Shown here one piece after another: positions 61,368 through 64,000 of a stretch of 64,000 nucleotides of DNA. Under the pieces are notes generated by a model. It searched no databases. It had not been told where the DNA came from and was given only the letters and a program-made list of their open reading frames with translations. This stretch comes from a virus. The stretch's first letter is position 1. Each line of letters starts with the position of its first letter. The DNA lies in the IMG/VR virus record IMGVR_UViG_3300042691_029205, positions 1 to 64,000 of that record. The stretch is one strand, 5' to 3'. Position numbers and translations under genes: made by a program.

Positions 61368-61413
61368 TGTATTAATATCGGGAGGACTTCTTATGTATGA
61401 TCCCGATATACAC
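61363..61413 (+). promoter_or_regulatory. Late-motif variant (AATAGTGTAT) plus RBS-sequestering hairpin
   Basis: ATATCGGGA(61375-83) pairs with TCCCGATAT(61401-09); GTGT/ACAC extends the stem. Confidence 0.6.
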
Positions 61414-62079
61414 GAAATTCAGGAACACGGACTGGATATTTCTAGTCGCTCTATCTATTTATCGACTGAAAAAGATACGGAAAACTCAATCAACTTTCAG
61501 TCTATGTATCGATTTATTAAGAATTTAAAATTTTTAGATTCAATAAATCACGATCCTATTATATTCTATGCTGGTTCTGCTGGAGGGGACGTAGAATATG
61601 GATTTGGTATGTATGATGCTATAAAATTAACCAAATCTCCGGTAATATTTGTTGGTATAGGTGAAGTATGTTCTATGCTAACGATCATTATGCAGGCTGC
61701 TAATCTAAGACTTATTACTGAAAATACATACTTTTTAATACACGAAGGTCAAATATGTATCAGTGAGTCGGAACCTAAAATAGCTAGTTCCGCCGTTAAA
61801 TCACATAGGCTAACCATTAATAAATTCTATGATATTTATTTGTCGCGTTGTATGAACGGGTTGTTTTTCAAAGGTAAAAATGATCGATCTATCAAAAATC
61901 ACCTTAAAAAACAGCTTATGAAGAAGGGTGACTGGTATTTAGAGGCCGAAGAAGTGGTTCATTATGGTTTTGCTGACGGTATTTTAGGCCAAAAGCCATA
62001 TGAATCTATTGAAGATATATTGAAATCGGTGTATAATATTACAGACGACACTACTTTAATAACTAACCAAAAGGAATAA
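61393..62079 (+). CDS. ClpP-like serine protease
   Basis: SAGGDV..GF.MYD.I, GEVCSM (Ser), FLIHEG (His), DWYL.AEE...YG.AD. Confidence 0.85.
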   Translation: MYDPDIHEIQEHGLDISSRSIYLSTEKDTENSINFQSMYRFIKNLKFLDSINHDPIIFYAGSAGGDVEYGFGMYDAIKLTKSPVIFVGIGEVCSMLTIIMQAANLRLITENTYFLIHEGQICISESEPKIASSAVKSHRLTINKFYDIYLSRCMNGLFFKGKNDRSIKNHLKKQLMKKGDWYLEAEEVVHYGFADGILGQKPYESIEDILKSVYNITDDTTLITNQKE

Positions 62080-62083
62080 TATA

Positions 62084-62596
62084 ATGGCTACACATTTTAT
62101 AACAGGATCAGCCCAGGTGCAGGATGGAGGTATGACAATATATGGGGGGACCATCGTTGGTTCCCGTATGTCAACTCGCGGCGTTTCTGAAACTGCCCAA
62201 CTAGGCACGCCAGTATTAACTAGTAGCATGGATAATTTACATGCAGCTATTAGTGGTGGTAATTTCGCCTTAATGACCAAAGGTAAATATGTTGTAAAAC
62301 GAGTTACAACCGAATTGGCTGGTTCTGCAAATACCGCATTGTTATCTGGTTCTAGTGAACATAGCAACCGACGCTCTATTAATTATGCTGAATCGTTTGC
62401 TCAAACCTTTTTACATTCGTTAACTTGGACCTCAGATGCCGAAGGAATGCCAACATTTTCCTTTACTAAGAATACTAGCTCGGCAGCTATCGGTACAGAT
62501 TCCGAAGCAAGAAGTACCCGTACTGCTCCAGGTGAACTTGTCTATGGACTCTCCCAAGGTGCAATTACCGACGATTACAGTGCTAAGACTTCGTAA
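62084..62596 (+). CDS. Putative virion/late protein
   Basis: S/T/G/A-rich; late motif ATCGGTGTAT at 62025; AAGGA RBS; followed by a terminator. Confidence 0.55.
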   Translation: MATHFITGSAQVQDGGMTIYGGTIVGSRMSTRGVSETAQLGTPVLTSSMDNLHAAISGGNFALMTKGKYVVKRVTTELAGSANTALLSGSSEHSNRRSINYAESFAQTFLHSLTWTSDAEGMPTFSFTKNTSSAAIGTDSEARSTRTAPGELVYGLSQGAITDDYSAKTS

Positions 62597-62618
62597 TCTT
62601 GTTTTATAGTTAATTTCT

Positions 62619-62648
62619 AAGGGGTTAACACTGTTAGCCCCTTTTTTT
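62619..62648 (+). terminator. Rho-independent terminator
   Basis: GGGGTTAAC-ACT-GTTAGCCCC hairpin followed by T7. Confidence 0.85.
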
Positions 62649-62663
62649 ATATCGGGACTTTCT

Positions 62664-63350
62664 ATGGACACCATGCTGCAATTCATCTTTGATTATTTAA
62701 GTCAAAATCATGCGGCTTCATGGTTTTATCACGTAGTTAGCTTTCTTATTTTTTTAATAGCAGGAGTTAGGTTTATATTATGGCCAGCGGGATTATGGTG
62801 CTGGCAGGCTGGAAAAAGAGTTTATAGTTTTTTCACAGGTATTAACGACACTGTTCAAACTGTAATTTTCTTAAAAAAAGAACTACAACCAAATGGTGGC
62901 TCTACATTAAAAGATTCAATCAATAGAATAGACAATGAAATTCGGAATATCAAACATTTGGTTACTTATAGCTGTGCTAAACAAGGGGCTTTTTTTGACT
63001 TTTTAGGCTATGTAGGCAACGATGGCATCGGCCTATTTGAAGCTAATTCAGAAGGAGAATGTGTACATGCCAGCCCTAAGTATTACGAAATCACAGGTTC
63101 TACCGAACAAGACGTTACAGGAAACGGCTGGATTAATTTACTAGATGAAAAGGATCGAGATAGAGTATATAATGAATGGTCTGCATGTATAGCACAAAAA
63201 AGACCTTTTATTATGGAATACAATATAATAAATAGAAAAACAAACGAACAAATCTCAGTATCGTGTTATGCAAAGCCCTTAGTCGAACAAGGTAAATTTC
63301 TAGGATATATTGGCGGACTAAGGAGATTATCATGTCAAAGTGCTACGTAA
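62664..63350 (+). CDS. Membrane protein with C-terminal PAS domain
   Basis: N-terminal TM; ELQPNGGSTLKDSINRID; PAS: GLFEANSEGEC.HASP.Y.EITG....V.GNGW.N.L...DR.RV..EW. Confidence 0.8.
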   Translation: MDTMLQFIFDYLSQNHAASWFYHVVSFLIFLIAGVRFILWPAGLWCWQAGKRVYSFFTGINDTVQTVIFLKKELQPNGGSTLKDSINRIDNEIRNIKHLVTYSCAKQGAFFDFLGYVGNDGIGLFEANSEGECVHASPKYYEITGSTEQDVTGNGWINLLDEKDRDRVYNEWSACIAQKRPFIMEYNIINRKTNEQISVSCYAKPLVEQGKFLGYIGGLRRLSCQSAT

Positions 63351-63964
63351 GCTATGAACAAGCCGAAAGAATAATTAGCGAGGGAGATATTCTTCTCTTT
63401 AGACACACTGGACCTCTTTCTACGCTGGTTAGCTCAGTTACCGACAGTCCATACAGCCACGTTGGGTTAGCCTCTTGGAGTGATTCTGTACTTGAATGCG
63501 TGGAGTTTCGCGAATGGGTTGGGAGTCGGGCGATTAATTTGCAAAATTACGTAAAAAATTACCCAGGGGAGCTTGACATTTTCACGCCTCATAGATATAG
63601 TATTATTACTCACTTCGATTGTTCGACAAGAACGAGAACGGAAGAAAGAGTTTTTTTCAAAGGTAAAAAGATTACTAATGAGTTTCGCTGCCTAACTGGT
63701 ATTCCGTATGGCTGGAAAAGAATTTGGCAGATTTTTTCCCGCAAGACCTATCGAATATTTTTCCCTTATAAAAACGAATTCTCAGACGAATTGGCAGATA
63801 AAATAATATATCCAATCTGTTCTTCGGCGGTAGCATACTGTTATAATAAACACTACGTCGATTTAGTTCGATGTAAAATGGACGAGTTGGTTACACCTGG
63901 GGAAATAGCTAAGTCTTCTACGTTGAATTATATTGCGACTATATCTAAAAATGAAACAAACTAG
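63332..63964 (+). CDS. Permuted papain-like NlpC/P60 amidase (YaeF/YiiX, C92)
   Basis: GDILLFR, SPYSHVGL (His), G.PYG, ICSSAVAYCY (Cys), VTPGEI. Confidence 0.85.
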   Translation: MSKCYVSYEQAERIISEGDILLFRHTGPLSTLVSSVTDSPYSHVGLASWSDSVLECVEFREWVGSRAINLQNYVKNYPGELDIFTPHRYSIITHFDCSTRTRTEERVFFKGKKITNEFRCLTGIPYGWKRIWQIFSRKTYRIFFPYKNEFSDELADKIIYPICSSAVAYCYNKHYVDLVRCKMDELVTPGEIAKSSTLNYIATISKNETN

Positions 63965-64000
63965 TTTTATAGACGAACAGTACAAAAACATGATATATAC

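Noticed and set aside
2470-62686. Minus-strand ORFs and nested + strand ORFs in the ORF track (e.g. 9786-10079, 36253-36657, 54752-55171, 27867-28142, 44259-44453)
   Set aside because: They overlap well-supported + strand genes or RNA elements and lack recognisable motifs; treated as shadow ORFs

Overview
A 64 kb segment of a large, AT-rich (roughly one-third GC by eye) tailed dsDNA bacteriophage genome. Essentially all credible genes are on the + strand and densely packed. The SSB, RimI-like GNAT and C1-peptidase neighbourhood suggest a Planctomycetota-like host (inference). The window is mostly early/middle accessory genes: RNA repair and nucleotide enzymes (RlaP-type NTase, Thg1, RNA ligase, PNK-like kinase, two R2K ATP-grasps, macro, NADAR, HADs, MazG, dUTPase, ThyA), glycosyl/methyltransferases, a J-domain-pseudokinase / vWA / divergent PurA-like trio, a BCS1-like AAA ATPase, SPFH, a sigma-like factor and ClpP. 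It also holds a virion-protein block (23.5-29.5 kb), two candidate late lysis/envelope modules, two intact tRNAs and two degenerate tRNA-like genes. The non-coding grammar is rich. (i) A ~20-bp dyad AGCYCA-N8-TGRGCT occurs at about 10 gene boundaries. (ii) A late-promoter-like motif AACGGTGTAT is paired, at early-to-late junctions, with hairpins that lock the RBS or start codon. (iii) Consensus sigma70 promoters, often with 16-bp spacers, are written inside CDSs. (iv) A G-run hairpin repeat follows several stop codons. (v) Back-to-back H-type pseudoknots flank the tRNAs. (vi) TAGCSGC appears strongly over-represented. An HNH endonuclease has inserted into a macro-domain gene and supplied it with a new 5' end. 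All protein calls rest on motif recognition by eye; no database searches were run.
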